NCBI GenBank assembly: GCA_963770035.1
Contig: CAVYON010000028.1
Location: forward strand, 2,458-66,457
Source: an uncultured Alphaproteobacteria bacterium
GTDB lineage: Bacteria; Pseudomonadota; Alphaproteobacteria; Rhizobiales; Beijerinckiaceae
Length of the DNA stretch: 64,000 nt
Direction of reading: 5' to 3'
Under the pieces are notes generated by a model. It was not told the origin of the DNA and searched no databases. It saw only the letters and a list, made by a program, of their open reading frames with translations. Each line of letters begins with the position of its first letter. Position 1 is the first letter of the stretch. Below, piece by piece: positions 50,065-61,278 of this stretch. The position numbers and the translations under genes were made by a program.

Positions 50065-51072
50065 TCAGGCGTAGAAACCCGGCCGCGACTTGGCGACGAT
50101 CGGCGCGACCTCACCAGTGTGCATGGCCTTGAGGCACGCGTCGGCGGTGACGGCGGCGAAGTATCCGTCCCACGCGTTCGGGCCGTTGACCTTGCCGGCG
50201 GTAGCCGCCTCGATCCAGTCCTGCAACTCGATGTCATAGGAATTGATGAAGCGCAGCTTCCAGTCCTGCATGATCGTGGTCGAGAGCTTCGCGTCCTTGC
50301 GCAGAAGCACGCTCTCGGGCTCGGGCAGACTGGCGACTCCCTCCTCGCCGACCACCTGGCACTGGATGTCGTAGCCGTAGCGGCAGTTGACGAACACCTC
50401 GCCATCGATGCGCACGCCGCTCTTGGTCGCAAGCAGGACGATGATCGGATCGTTGAGCTTCGCGTGCGTGTGCCTGGTGTTGCGAGGAACGAGCACCTGC
50501 GCTGAGACGTAGTCGTCGTCGATCAGCCAGCGGAGCGCGTCGATCTCGTGAATGAAGGTGTCGACGATCGCCATGTCGCTGACGTAGGCCTTCGGAACTG
50601 TGGGGTTGCGATGGGCGCAATGGATCATCAGCGGCGCGCCGATCACGCCGTCATCGATTGCCTTCTTCAAGGCGCGATAACCTTTGTCGTACCGGCGCTG
50701 GAAGCCGACCTGAACGAGATGACGGCCGGACGCGATTTCCGCTTCGACAATGCGCAGGCAGGCCTCGGCGGTGGTGGCGAGCGGCTTCTCACAAAAGACC
50801 GGCTTGCCGGCCTTGATCGCCGCAAGCACGTAGGCGTCGTGGGTCGGCCCCCAGGAGGTCACGACGACCGCTTGCACTTCGGGCGCTCCAATCAAGGCCT
50901 CGCCCGTCGGGTAGACCTTTGCGCCGGGGAGGTCGGCTGCGGCCGTCTCGGCCTGCTTCGCGTTGACGTCGGCAAGCGCGACGACTTTCGCCCCAACGAG
51001 TTTGTTCGCCAGCCGATGGATGTGCTCCTGGCCGATCATTCCGACGCCGATGACGCCGACATTCAGGGTCAT
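50065..51072 (-). CDS. Second inositol dehydrogenase (Bacillus/Enterobacterial IolG type, Gfo/Idh/MocA)
   Basis: [41 protein letters not shown]. Confidence 0.88.
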   Translation of the reverse strand: MTLNVGVIGVGMIGQEHIHRLANKLVGAKVVALADVNAKQAETAAADLPGAKVYPTGEALIGAPEVQAVVVTSWGPTHDAYVLAAIKAGKPVFCEKPLATTAEACLRIVEAEIASGRHLVQVGFQRRYDKGYRALKKAIDDGVIGAPLMIHCAHRNPTVPKAYVSDMAIVDTFIHEIDALRWLIDDDYVSAQVLVPRNTRHTHAKLNDPIIVLLATKSGVRIDGEVFVNCRYGYDIQCQVVGEEGVASLPEPESVLLRKDAKLSTTIMQDWKLRFINSYDIELQDWIEAATAGKVNGPNAWDGYFAAVTADACLKAMHTGEVAPIVAKSRPGFYA

Positions 51073-51125
51073 TTTCGCTGTCCTTGATGTGAAAGGGTCC
51101 GGCGCGGCCCGCGCCGGGGATGACT

Positions 51126-52040
51126 TCAGGCTTTCGGCTTCGTCCAGTACTTGTCGACGTAGCTCTGCATCGTCTCGCGCATGAAGCGACCCGAGTTGTC
51201 GGCGCGCTCCTCCCAGGCGAAAACACAGGACGTCATGGTCCCGTCGAAGCCGACAACGGCGAGCGACGAGAAGAACTCATCCCAGTTCACCTCCCCCTGG
51301 CCGATGTCCATGTGCTGGTGGATGGTCACCTTCGCGCCGGGCGGATTGCAGATGTAGCGGAGGCCCGACGAGGCCTTATGATTGTAGGTGTCGGCGACGT
51401 GGACATGCGCGATCAGCGACCCTGCGTCGCGGATCATCTTGGGGATGTCGTCGCCGAAATAGAACGTATGCGGCGCGCAATAGAGGAACTTGACCGCCTT
51501 GGAGTTGAGCGTGCGGATCATGTCCACCGCCGGATGCAGCGTCTCGCACCAGTCCTCCGGATGCGGCTCGACGTTGAGCTGGACCCCCTCCTTCTCGAAT
51601 ACGGGGACCAGCTCCTCCATCGAACGCCACCAGGCCGCCTCGCTCGAACTCGTGCTGAACTGGCCGCCGCAGCAGTTGGCCGAGTGCCCGCGGTCGGGAG
51701 AAGGTCCGCGGCCGAACTTGGAGTTCATCGTGTCGACGCCCATCTCGACCGCGATCTCGATCGCTTTCTTCCAGTAGCTGACCGCGGTCTGGCGTTCGTC
51801 CTCGTGCGGACTCGCCCAGCGGTACATCGGCAGGAGCGAAGCGATCTTCACGCCGTGGTCCTTCAGTGCTCTCTTGAAGCTCGTGATGCGTTCCGGGTAG
51901 GCGCGAGGATGGACCCACCAGGCGAGAAAGTCGTCGCGCGGCGAGAGCTCGATCCATTCGTAGCCGAGTTCGGCGACCTTGCGCGGCAGCTCCTCAAGCG
52001 ACAGATGCCTGTGCATGTAGGGGTCGAGCGCGATTCTCAT
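51126..52040 (-). CDS. iolH: IolH-like sugar phosphate isomerase/epimerase
   Basis: [48 protein letters not shown]. Confidence 0.8.
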   Translation of the reverse strand: MRIALDPYMHRHLSLEELPRKVAELGYEWIELSPRDDFLAWWVHPRAYPERITSFKRALKDHGVKIASLLPMYRWASPHEDERQTAVSYWKKAIEIAVEMGVDTMNSKFGRGPSPDRGHSANCCGGQFSTSSSEAAWWRSMEELVPVFEKEGVQLNVEPHPEDWCETLHPAVDMIRTLNSKAVKFLYCAPHTFYFGDDIPKMIRDAGSLIAHVHVADTYNHKASSGLRYICNPPGAKVTIHQHMDIGQGEVNWDEFFSSLAVVGFDGTMTSCVFAWEERADNSGRFMRETMQSYVDKYWTKPKA

Positions 52041-52231
52041 TGCCGTCTCCTCCGTGACCGTTTTGATGTGTTGTAGGCCAAGGCGTTTCGTCGAGCACGC
52101 GGCTTCTTGATGGTTTATCGTCAACGATGGATAACCGTGCGGAGCGAATATTTATCCGACAGCGGCCGTCGGTTTAGTGGATGCGACCCTACGGAAGGGT
52201 CGTCAGGTTCTGCGTTGGCGACCGACGATCG

Positions 52232-53318
52232 TTATCGTCTAGCTCGATCGGGAGGGCGATCATCTCCAGCCAGATATTGCCCCTCTTTCACGTTTTCTGT
52301 GAAATAGACTCTGAAACTCGCAGCCGAAGGCAGATGAAGTCTTCGTCGGATTCGGATTCGTGGACTCGACAAGGTGACGCAGGGCCATAAAGGCCTGCAT
52401 GTCCGGATCCTGATCGATAACCATAGCGAGCGCGCCAGACTGGAGGTACTGCCGGTGGTCGTCGGAAAGCTCGTGCGTGATCCAGGTGACGCTGCGTTCC
52501 GGGTCAAACTGCTCCAATGCGCTCTTTATTCCTGCCGAACCGGCGCCGCTGTTGTAGATACCGGCGAGTTCTCCCGAGCGCATCGCCTCCGTCACCGCGA
52601 CAAAGCAGCGGTATTCGTCATCAAGGGTCTCGAACGACGACGTGTCGCAATGAAGACTTGCGAAGGAACCGGTTAGCGCTTCCCGGCAGCCCGCGGTTCT
52701 CTGCTGGTGTCCGGCCCAGTCGTTTCTTCCGCTCAAAAACATGATCCGCCCCGGACGACGGGCAAAGCGCCCCATGACGAGCCCCGCGGTTCGGCCGGCG
52801 CGGTAGTTGTCGATCCCAAAGTACGCAATCCCCTCAACCCCGGCGACACTCGAGACGACGGTCGCGACCGATTCTCTTCGATCGAGGACTTCCCTCAAGG
52901 CTTGGCGCACGGCCTGCGTGTCAGGAGCGGCCAAGATCAAACCGTGACGGCGATATGGGGGCCTAATGATCGCACTGACGAGCGAGGCCTCGTCAGCCTC
53001 GCGAACGATGCGGCGGTGGACAACGATCCGCTTGTCGAGGATCGCACATGACCTCGTGAGCGCGCCTCGCAGCCGCAGGAAAAATGGCGTCGTATTGTCC
53101 GGAAGCAGAACGTCGATATGGACGAGCTCGTGAGCGGCGCTGGGAAGTATTCGAGGCACCCCCAGCTTCTGCGCGGCGGCGATCACCTTTTGCCGCGCCT
53201 TCTTCGAGGCGCTTCCACGTTCGTTGAGGACGCGGTCGACGGTCGAGGGGCTGACCCCGGCCTCATCAGCGATCTCGATGAATTTAGGAGACCGCTTGCG
53301 ACGCCTTCCCGTAACCAC
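52232..53318 (-). CDS. LacI-family transcriptional regulator (apparent frameshift at about 52314)
   Basis: IADEAGVSPSTVDRVLNE HTH; C-terminal FRVYFTEN continues in the adjacent frame to the stop at 52232. Confidence 0.88.
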
Positions 53319-53515
53319 AAGCTCCTCCCGCTTCCCGGCTCTTCCCGAAGTTTCCGCTCTATCGTATCAATTGATGGTAAAACGTCAAAAAGCCGCGTGC
53401 GCGGCGCGACGTTCTCGCCTAAACCGAGGTTGGGGCTTTCTCCGATCGGTCTCTTGCGATCGGAGGTCCAGAAGGCCGTCTGGCGCCGAACGCGCCGCTA
53501 AGGGAGGAATTGACC

Positions 53516-54445
53516 GTGAAACGCAGACTTATTGCGCTTGCTGCAGCCACCGTTCTGGCGAGCCCCGCCTTCGCCGCCAAGATCGGCGTGTCGATGGACA
53601 AGTTCGACGACAATTTCCTGACCGTGCTGCGCAACAGCATATCGGATTACGCCAAGACGCAGCCGGGTGTGACGCTGCAGATCGAGGACGCCAAGGACGA
53701 CGTGTCGAAGCAGATTAGCCAGGTGCAGAACTTCATCGCCAACGGTGTAGACGCGATCATCGTCAATCCTGTCGATACGTCCGCCACCCCGGCCATCACC
53801 AAAGCCGCCGCTGCGGCCGGCGTGCCGCTCGTCTATGTCAACCGCTTGCCGGCCGACCTCGAAACGCTGGGTCCCAAGGCAGCGGTCGTCGCTTCTGACG
53901 AGAAGGAATCCGGGACCTACGAGACGCAGCAAATCTGCAAGCTGCTCGGAGGTAAGGGCGATATCCTCGTCATCGAGGGTCAGCTCTCCAATCAGGCCGC
54001 GGTGCAACGCACGGCCGACATCCATGATGTCATCGCTACGCCGGGCTGCAGCGGCATCAAGATCATCGCCGAGCAGACCGGGGAATGGGACCGCACCAAG
54101 GGCCAAAACCTGATGACCAACTGGCTGTCGAAGGGCATGAAGTTCGATGCTGTGATCTCCAATAACGACGAGATGGCGATCGGAGCGCTCCAGGCGATGA
54201 AGGCGGCCGGCCTTGACACCAAGAAAGCTGTGGTCGGTGGCGTCGATGCAACGCAGGACGCGCTCGCCTCGATGAAGGCGGGCGACCTCAAGGTCACGGT
54301 GTTCCAGAACGCGGCCGGCCAGGGCAAGGGGGCGGTCGACGCTGCACTCGCGCTCGCCGCCGGCAAGCCCGTCGAGAAGTGGGTCAAGGTCCCCTTCGAA
54401 CTCGTCACTCCGGCCAACCTTGACCAGTACATGAAGAAGAACTGA
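53516..54445 (+). CDS. Sugar (inositol) ABC transporter substrate-binding protein
   Basis: Signal peptide, DDNFLTVLR, VYVNR, NNDEMAIGA, VFQNAAGQG. Confidence 0.92.
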   Translation: MKRRLIALAAATVLASPAFAAKIGVSMDKFDDNFLTVLRNSISDYAKTQPGVTLQIEDAKDDVSKQISQVQNFIANGVDAIIVNPVDTSATPAITKAAAAAGVPLVYVNRLPADLETLGPKAAVVASDEKESGTYETQQICKLLGGKGDILVIEGQLSNQAAVQRTADIHDVIATPGCSGIKIIAEQTGEWDRTKGQNLMTNWLSKGMKFDAVISNNDEMAIGALQAMKAAGLDTKKAVVGGVDATQDALASMKAGDLKVTVFQNAAGQGKGAVDAALALAAGKPVEKWVKVPFELVTPANLDQYMKKN

Positions 54446-54605
54446 CCGACCGTCCTTCTCGCTGGCCTCCTGGCGAGTTGGGAATCACCGGGGGCGCGCG
54501 TTCCTCCCAGCGCGCCTCCGGGCCCTCTCATAGGATGAAACGTGATAGAGTTGGCGCCGGCCCCCGGAACAAGGGCGGCGCCGGAAACAAGCGGGACGGA
54601 GCGCC

Positions 54606-56151
54606 ATGGCCACAATCAGTCCATCGACCGCGGAAGTCGTCAGGCAAAGCGGGGTCATTCCCGGCGCTGAATACCTTCTCGAAGTCGAGGGCGTGCGCAA
54701 AGCGTTCCCCGGCGTGTTGGCGCTCGACGACGTTTCGTTCCGCCTGAAGCGCGGCCATGTTCATGCGTTGATGGGTGAGAACGGCGCCGGTAAGTCGACG
54801 CTGATGAAGATCATCGCCGGCGTCTACACGCCCGACGCGGGCTCCTTCAAGCTGAAGGGGCAGGAGATCAAGCTGACCTCGCCGCTGGACGCGCTCCAGT
54901 ACGGTATCGCCATGATCCATCAGGAACTCAACCTGATGAACTTCATGACGGTGGCCGAAAACATCTGGATTTGGCGTGAGCCTCTGAATGCCTTCGGTCT
55001 CGTCAGGCATGACGAGATGCGCCGCCGCACCCAGGCGCTGTTCAAGCAACTCGACATACCGCTCGATCCAGAGTTCGGAAATCCGCGATCTTTCCGTCGC
55101 CAATCGCCAGATGGTCGAGATCGCCAAGGCGGTGTCCTACGATTTCGACATTCTCATCATGGACGAGCCGACCTCTGCGATTACAGAGCGGGAGGTCGAG
55201 CATCTCTTTCGGATCATTCGCACTCTGAAGGCCCAGGGGAAGGGCATCATCTACATCACGCACAAGATGAACGAGCTGTTCGAGATCGCCGACGAGGTGT
55301 CGGTGTTCCGCGACGGCAAGTTCGTTGGCGAGCACGCGGCCGCCGACGTCACCCGCGACGACATCATCCGGTTGATGGTGGGACGCGAAATCACTCAGAT
55401 GTTCCCAAAGGAAACGGTGCCGATCGGCGACGTCGTTCTGTCGGTGCGCGACCTCGGCCTCGAGGGCAAGTTTCACGGCGTCTCGTTCGATCTGCGCAAA
55501 GGCGAGATTCTCGGGTTCGCCGGTCTTGTCGGTTCGGGACGCAGCAACGTCGCGGAGACCCTTTTCGGCGTAACCCCGGCGACCTCAGGCTCGATCCTGA
55601 TCAACGGCGAGGTAATCGCAATCCGTCACCCCGGCACGGCGATGGACTCAGGCATGGGCTTCCTCACCGAGGACCGCAAGGAGAGCGGCTGCTTCCTCCT
55701 GCTCGATATCATGGCCAACATGCAGGTCGCGCTGCTGCGCCACGGCCATGCGACGGCGGGTTTTGTCAAGGAGCGAGAGATCGAGGCGCTTTGCCTGCAA
55801 CAGAAACAGCGGCTTAGGGTGCGCACGCCCGATCTTGAAGAGCCGATCATCAATCTCTCGGGCGGCAATCAGCAGAAAGTGCTGATCGCCCGCTGGCTGA
55901 TGATTAAGCCCAGAATCCTCATTCTCGACGAGCCGACTCGGGGCATCGACGTTGGCGCGAAGGCCGAGATCCACAAGCTGATCTCCGAACTCGCTGGGCA
56001 GGGGGTCGCTGTCTTGATGATCTCGTCCGAGCTTCCGGAAGTGCTCGGAATGAGCGACCGCATTCTTGTGATGCACGAGGGCCGGATGACGGGAATCGTC
56101 GACCGCAAGGATGCCAATCAGGTTAGGATCATGGAGCTCGCGTCGCAGTAG
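54606..56151 (+). CDS. Sugar ABC transporter ATP-binding protein, CUT2 type (apparent +1 frameshift at about 55073)
   Basis: [10 protein letters not shown] in ORF 54606; [13 protein letters not shown] and [13 protein letters not shown] in ORF 54988..56151. Confidence 0.92.
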
Positions 56152-56183
56152 CGGCGCGAGCCGCAGGCTTAGGAACAAACACC

Positions 56184-57218
56184 ATGGCCACCGAAATTTC
56201 CTCCGCCTCGCCGCCCACGACCGCCGACGCGCCCGTCGCCGGAAAGCGTCGCCTTCCGCCGGAACTCAGCATCCTCGGCGTGATGATCGGTATGATGCTG
56301 CTCTTCGAAGTCCTCGGCTGGATCTTCGTCGGTCAGAGCTTCATCGCCAATCCCCTGCGCCTCAAGATCATGATCCTGCAGGAAGCGGAGATCGGCATCA
56401 TCGCCGTCGGCGTCACGCAGACCATCATCATGGCAGGCATCGACCTCTCGTCTGGCTCGGTCGTCGGCATGACGGCAATGATCGCGGCGAGCCTCGCCCA
56501 GGTTTCCGGCTACAGCCACGCCGTCTATCCGAGCCTCACAGGTCTCAACCCGATCATCCCGGTGGCGGCGGGACTGCTCTGCGGCCTCGGTGTCGGCTAC
56601 ATCAACGGCTGGCTGATCGCCTACACGAAAATCCCCCCCTTTATCGCGACGCTCGGCATGATGGTGTCGGCGCGCGGCGTCGCCGACTGGTACACCAACG
56701 GCCAACCCATCGGCAATCTAACCGACTCCTTCGCCGCTATCGGCGCAGGCTGGTGGCCCGTGATCATCTTCCTCGGCGTCGCCTTCATCTTCCACATCGC
56801 GCTGCGCTACACGCGCTACGGCAAGTTCACCTACGCCATCGGCGCGAACCCGCTGGCGGCGCGCGTCTCCGGCATCAACGTCGAACGCCACACCGTGCTC
56901 GTGTACATGTTCGCCGGGCTGCTTTCGGGCCTTTCCGGAATCGTCCATACCGCCCGGGCGATCAGCGGACAGGCGGGCGTCGGCGTCGGCTTCGAGCTCG
57001 ACGCGATCGCCGCCGCGGTCATCGGCGGCACGTCGCTCTCGGGGGGCGTCGGACGAATGACGGGCACCGTGATCGGCGCGGTCATTCTCGGCATCCTCAC
57101 CTCGGGCTTCACCTTCCTTAACGTCGACGCGCACTACCAGGAAATCATCAAGGGCGGCGTCATCATCGCGGCGGTGGTCGCCGATCAATATCGGCAGCGG
57201 CGGCGGAAGTCGGTTTGA
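56184..57218 (+). CDS. Sugar ABC transporter permease
   Basis: GIDLSSGS, IPPFIATLG, YAIGAN..AARVSGI, ELDAIAAAVIGGTSLSGG. Confidence 0.93.
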   Translation: MATEISSASPPTTADAPVAGKRRLPPELSILGVMIGMMLLFEVLGWIFVGQSFIANPLRLKIMILQEAEIGIIAVGVTQTIIMAGIDLSSGSVVGMTAMIAASLAQVSGYSHAVYPSLTGLNPIIPVAAGLLCGLGVGYINGWLIAYTKIPPFIATLGMMVSARGVADWYTNGQPIGNLTDSFAAIGAGWWPVIIFLGVAFIFHIALRYTRYGKFTYAIGANPLAARVSGINVERHTVLVYMFAGLLSGLSGIVHTARAISGQAGVGVGFELDAIAAAVIGGTSLSGGVGRMTGTVIGAVILGILTSGFTFLNVDAHYQEIIKGGVIIAAVVADQYRQRRRKSV

Positions 57219-57294
57219 GGCGAAAGGGGCCGCGTTTCGCTCATGCGGCCATACGTTCGTCGCAACACCGGCGGGGTAGCATTGGAGACTGGAC

Positions 57295-58194
57295 ATGACC
57301 ATTCGCATCGGCGCCAACCCAATCGGTTGGACGAACGACGACCTGCAGGAGATCGGCGGCGACACGCCGCTTGAAACCTGCCTTGCCGAGGCAAGGGAAG
57401 CGGGCGTCGTCGGCATGGAGAAGGGCCACAAGATGCCATCCGGCGGGCTCGCGCTGAAGGACAAGCTGGCCGAATACGGAATGGTATTCGTCGGCGGTTG
57501 GTATTCGACCGAACTGCTCAAGCGTTCCGCGCGCGACGAATTCGAGGCTGCGCGGGCTCATATCGCCATGACGAAGGGTGCGGGCGCGGACGTCGTCGTC
57601 GTCGCCGAAACATCGAACTGCATCCACGGCGATCGTTCGCGTGCGTTGTCGGAGCGTCCACGGCTAGGCAAGGGCGAGTGGGCCGGCTTCGGAGCAAAGA
57701 TGACGGAATTCGCGCAACAACTCGCCGGAGAGGGGCTCCGGCTCTGCTACCATCACCACATGGGCACGGTCGTCCAGTCGGAGCGTGACATCGACGCCTT
57801 CATGGCCCACACCGAACCGCCGGTGCACTTGCTGCTCGACACCGGGCACGCCCGTTGGGGCGGCTCGGATCCAGCCGCTTTGGCGAGCGCCTATCGTGAG
57901 CGCATCGGCCATGTGCACTGCAAGGACGTGCGGGTGGCTCAGATGCGTCAGTCGAATGCGGACGACTGGAGCTTCCTCGACTCGATCCTCGGCATGGGCA
58001 AGGACCTCGGCGTCTACACTGTCCCAGGCGACGGCATGATCGATTACGTCGAGGTGTTCCGGGCGCTCAAGGGCTATTCCGGCTGGGTGGTGCTCGAGGC
58101 CGAACAGGATCCGAAAAAGGCGCCGGCCCTCCCCTATGCGAAAAAGGGCGTTGCCGAGATTCAGTCGGCGCTAAGGGTGGCGGGGCTGGCATAA
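57295..58194 (+). CDS. iolE: myo-inosose-2 dehydratase
   Basis: GANPIGWTNDDL, YHHHMGT, LLDTGH, HVHCKD, VPGDG, LEAEQDP. Confidence 0.95.
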   Translation: MTIRIGANPIGWTNDDLQEIGGDTPLETCLAEAREAGVVGMEKGHKMPSGGLALKDKLAEYGMVFVGGWYSTELLKRSARDEFEAARAHIAMTKGAGADVVVVAETSNCIHGDRSRALSERPRLGKGEWAGFGAKMTEFAQQLAGEGLRLCYHHHMGTVVQSERDIDAFMAHTEPPVHLLLDTGHARWGGSDPAALASAYRERIGHVHCKDVRVAQMRQSNADDWSFLDSILGMGKDLGVYTVPGDGMIDYVEVFRALKGYSGWVVLEAEQDPKKAPALPYAKKGVAEIQSALRVAGLA

Positions 58195-58678
58195 GGGCCG
58201 ATCCGCACAGGCTAAGGCGCCAACTTCCCGCCGGGTTTGTCAAGGCGGGGCAAGAGCTGTCGCTTGACCGGCGTGGCGGCGGCCCGGAAGGCACATTGAC
58301 CGACGCCCACGGCCCCGACGCCTCGCGCGCGATGCTGCGGTTGCTTCTGGAGGGGGCGGCCGAAGCCGTGGAGCTGCGATCGCTGATCCCCGGGTCGAGC
58401 CGGGAATGGTGGCCGCGGTCGTTGACTGTCAGCGACCGCGCCTGCAAAACACACGCGAAAATCCCCCGTTGCGCGGCCCGTTGTGCGTTTCGCCCGCCGC
58501 CGCTAAGGTCCTCGAAACAGGAAGGCGGCGGAGGCTGGTCGCTGTCCGGCTGCATGTCGAGGCGAACGAGAGCAATGGCGTGCCGCGGGACAGCGTGGTC
58601 ATCACAGCGGCGTCCTGCCTTAACGACGATCGGATGGACCCATCACGCGCGGCCTGTCCAAGGCGAGGGAGGACTTTT

Positions 58679-60478
58679 ATGCTCGACGTAACCGCGGCCG
58701 CCAGGGCGCAGGCGCTTCTCGACCGTTTCGGCGAGGCGCTGGCGAAACCCGACATCGACGCCGCCGTCGCGATGTTCGCCGAAGACTCCTACTGGCGCGA
58801 CCTCGTCTCGTTCACTTGGAACATCAAGACCATGGAGGGACGCGGCCAGATCCGCGACATGCTGACCGACTGTTTGCAAACCACGAAGCCGCGCGACTGG
58901 CGCGTCTATGAGAAGGAGCCGGTCACTGAGGCAGGCGGCGTCACAGAGGCGTGGTTCACCTTCGAGACCGAGGTCGCGCGCGGCTACGGGCTCGTGCGCC
59001 TGCGCGATGGGCTGATCTGGACGCTGCTCACCACGATGGTCGAGCTCAAGGGCTTTGAGGAGAAGGCCGGCTTCAGCCGCCCGCTCGGCGCCCGGCACGG
59101 GGTCCATATCGGCGGGAAAAGCTGGAGGGAAAGGCGCGAGGAGGAGCTTGCGACGCTCGGCTATGCGAAGCAGCCCTATGTCGTGATTATCGGCGGCGGT
59201 CAGGGCGGCATTGCGCTTGGCGCGCGGCTGCGCCAGCTCGAAGTGCCGACCATTATCCTCGAAAAGAACGAGCGGGCTGGCGACAGCTGGCGCAAGCGCT
59301 ACAAGTCCCTCTGCCTGCATGACCCGGTTTGGTACGACCACCTGCCCTACCTCGACTTTCCGAAGAACTGGCCGGTGTTCTCTCCAAAGGACAAGATCGG
59401 CGACTGGCTCGAGATGTACACCAAGGTGATGGAGCTGAACTACTGGACCAAGTCGGAAGCGAAATCCGCCCGATACGACGAGGCCAAGCAGGAATGGACG
59501 ATCGTCGTCGACCGCGACGGCCACGAGGTCGTCCTCCATCCGAAGCAGCTGGTCTTCGCAACCGGCATGTCCGCCAAGGCCAACGTCCCGCAATTCAAAG
59601 GCGCCGAAACCTTCGAGGGCGACCAGCATCATTCCTCGAAGCATCCCGGCCCCGACGCCTACAAGGGCAAGAAGGCGGTGGTGATCGGTTCGAACAACTC
59701 GGCCCACGACATCGCCGCGGCGCTCTACGAGAACGGCGCCGACGTCACGATGGTCCAGCGCTCGACCACCCATATCGTGCGCTCGAATTCGCTGATGGAG
59801 ATCGGCCTCGGCGATCTCTACTCGGAGCGCGCCGTGCAGGGCGGCATGACCACCGCGAAGGCGGATCTGATCTTCGCCTCGCTCCCCTACGCGATCCTGC
59901 ACACGTTCCAGAAGCCGCTGTACGACAAGATCCGCGAAGTCGACGCCGACTTCTACAAGGGGCTGGAGAAAGCCGGGTTCAAGCTCGACTACGGCGCCGA
60001 CGAGTCGGGTCTGTTCATGAAATACCTGCGCCGCGGTTCGGGATATTACATCGACGTTGGCGCGTCGCGGCTCGTCATCGACGGCAAGATCAAGCTGGCG
60101 CAAGGGCAGGTCGTCGAGATCGCACCGCGCGGCGTCAAGCTCGATACGGGCGAGGAGGTCCCGGCCGACGTCATCGTCTATGCGACCGGCTACGGCTCGA
60201 TGAACGGGTGGGTCGCCGACCTCTGCGGACAGGAGATGGCCGACAGGGTGGGAAAATGCTGGGGCCTCGGCTCGGACACACCGAAGGACCCGGGACCCTG
60301 GGAAGGCGAGCAGCGCAACATGTGGAAGCCGACGCAGCAGGAGGCGCTGTGGATGCACGGCGGCAACCTGCACCAATCGCGCCACTATTCGCAGTTCCTG
60401 TCGCTGCAGCTGAAAGCGCGCTACGAGGGCCTTCCCACCCCCGTGTATGGGGTGCAGCCGTCGTTTCATAAGAGCTGA
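58679..60478 (+). CDS. Flavin-containing monooxygenase (NAD(P)/FAD-dependent) with an N-terminal SnoaL-like domain
   Basis: WRDLVSFTW, IIGGGQGG, WRKRYKSLCLHDPVWYDHLPY, QHHSSKH, VVIGSNNSAHD, ATGY. Confidence 0.88.
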   Translation: MLDVTAAARAQALLDRFGEALAKPDIDAAVAMFAEDSYWRDLVSFTWNIKTMEGRGQIRDMLTDCLQTTKPRDWRVYEKEPVTEAGGVTEAWFTFETEVARGYGLVRLRDGLIWTLLTTMVELKGFEEKAGFSRPLGARHGVHIGGKSWRERREEELATLGYAKQPYVVIIGGGQGGIALGARLRQLEVPTIILEKNERAGDSWRKRYKSLCLHDPVWYDHLPYLDFPKNWPVFSPKDKIGDWLEMYTKVMELNYWTKSEAKSARYDEAKQEWTIVVDRDGHEVVLHPKQLVFATGMSAKANVPQFKGAETFEGDQHHSSKHPGPDAYKGKKAVVIGSNNSAHDIAAALYENGADVTMVQRSTTHIVRSNSLMEIGLGDLYSERAVQGGMTTAKADLIFASLPYAILHTFQKPLYDKIREVDADFYKGLEKAGFKLDYGADESGLFMKYLRRGSGYYIDVGASRLVIDGKIKLAQGQVVEIAPRGVKLDTGEEVPADVIVYATGYGSMNGWVADLCGQEMADRVGKCWGLGSDTPKDPGPWEGEQRNMWKPTQQEALWMHGGNLHQSRHYSQFLSLQLKARYEGLPTPVYGVQPSFHKS

Positions 60479-60645
60479 CCTCAAAGGGGCCGCGGGCGTC
60501 GAGCCGACAAGGGCGCCGTCGAGACGGACGCGCGCGGCGTTCTCCAGGCGGATGCCTCCGAGTTCGTTTATTAACCCGCGCCTGCTATCCGAATCCGGGT
60601 TCTACGCTCAACAGCGAGTTTTCCGCCGTGCATAGCTCTGATGTC

Positions 60646-61278
60646 ATGAGGAGCCGCCAGCTTCCCCCGGAGCGGGAAGCGGACGGCCTGCCCGTCGGCG
60701 CCCCCGACAGCCGCGTCCACTATTCCTTACGGGGGATGTTCATTTCGGCCGACCGCAACGGCGGCGCCTCCGACGACGAGGTGTTCGAGACCGAGGACTT
60801 CGACGCCTACGAGATTGGGGTTCGCTGCGCCTTCCGCCCGGCCGTCGGGGAGCATGTCGTCGTCTATGTCGATTGCCTGGGAATCGTGAACGGCGAGGTC
60901 GTCGGCCGTACGGACCGCGGGTTCCGCTTGTCCATCGACATGCGCGACGAGAAGCGTGCATCGCTTGGGGACTTGATCAAAATCATGCAGGCTCGGCTCT
61001 CCGCCGGCCAGCCGATCGGACGCCGGCACGAGCGGATCGTTCCCGCCTCCCGCAGGGTTGACGTCGTCGATTTCGCGGGGCTTACTCGACCCGCGGAGAT
61101 CGTCGACGTGTCCCGCTCCGGCGTCGCCCTGCGCGTCGAGGGGCTTCACATCGGCGATGTTATCCGTATCGGCGAGCGCACGCGCGGCGAGGTCGTCCGC
61201 CTGATCGACGGCGGCGTCGGCGTCCAGTTCCAGCGAATCATTCCGCTCGAGGCGTTCGACGAGCGCGTCCGGTTGTGA
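60646..61278 (+). CDS. Tandem PilZ-domain (c-di-GMP receptor) protein
   Basis: RRHER (RxxxR) followed by DVSRSG (DxSxxG). Confidence 0.8.
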   Translation: MRSRQLPPEREADGLPVGAPDSRVHYSLRGMFISADRNGGASDDEVFETEDFDAYEIGVRCAFRPAVGEHVVVYVDCLGIVNGEVVGRTDRGFRLSIDMRDEKRASLGDLIKIMQARLSAGQPIGRRHERIVPASRRVDVVDFAGLTRPAEIVDVSRSGVALRVEGLHIGDVIRIGERTRGEVVRLIDGGVGVQFQRIIPLEAFDERVRL

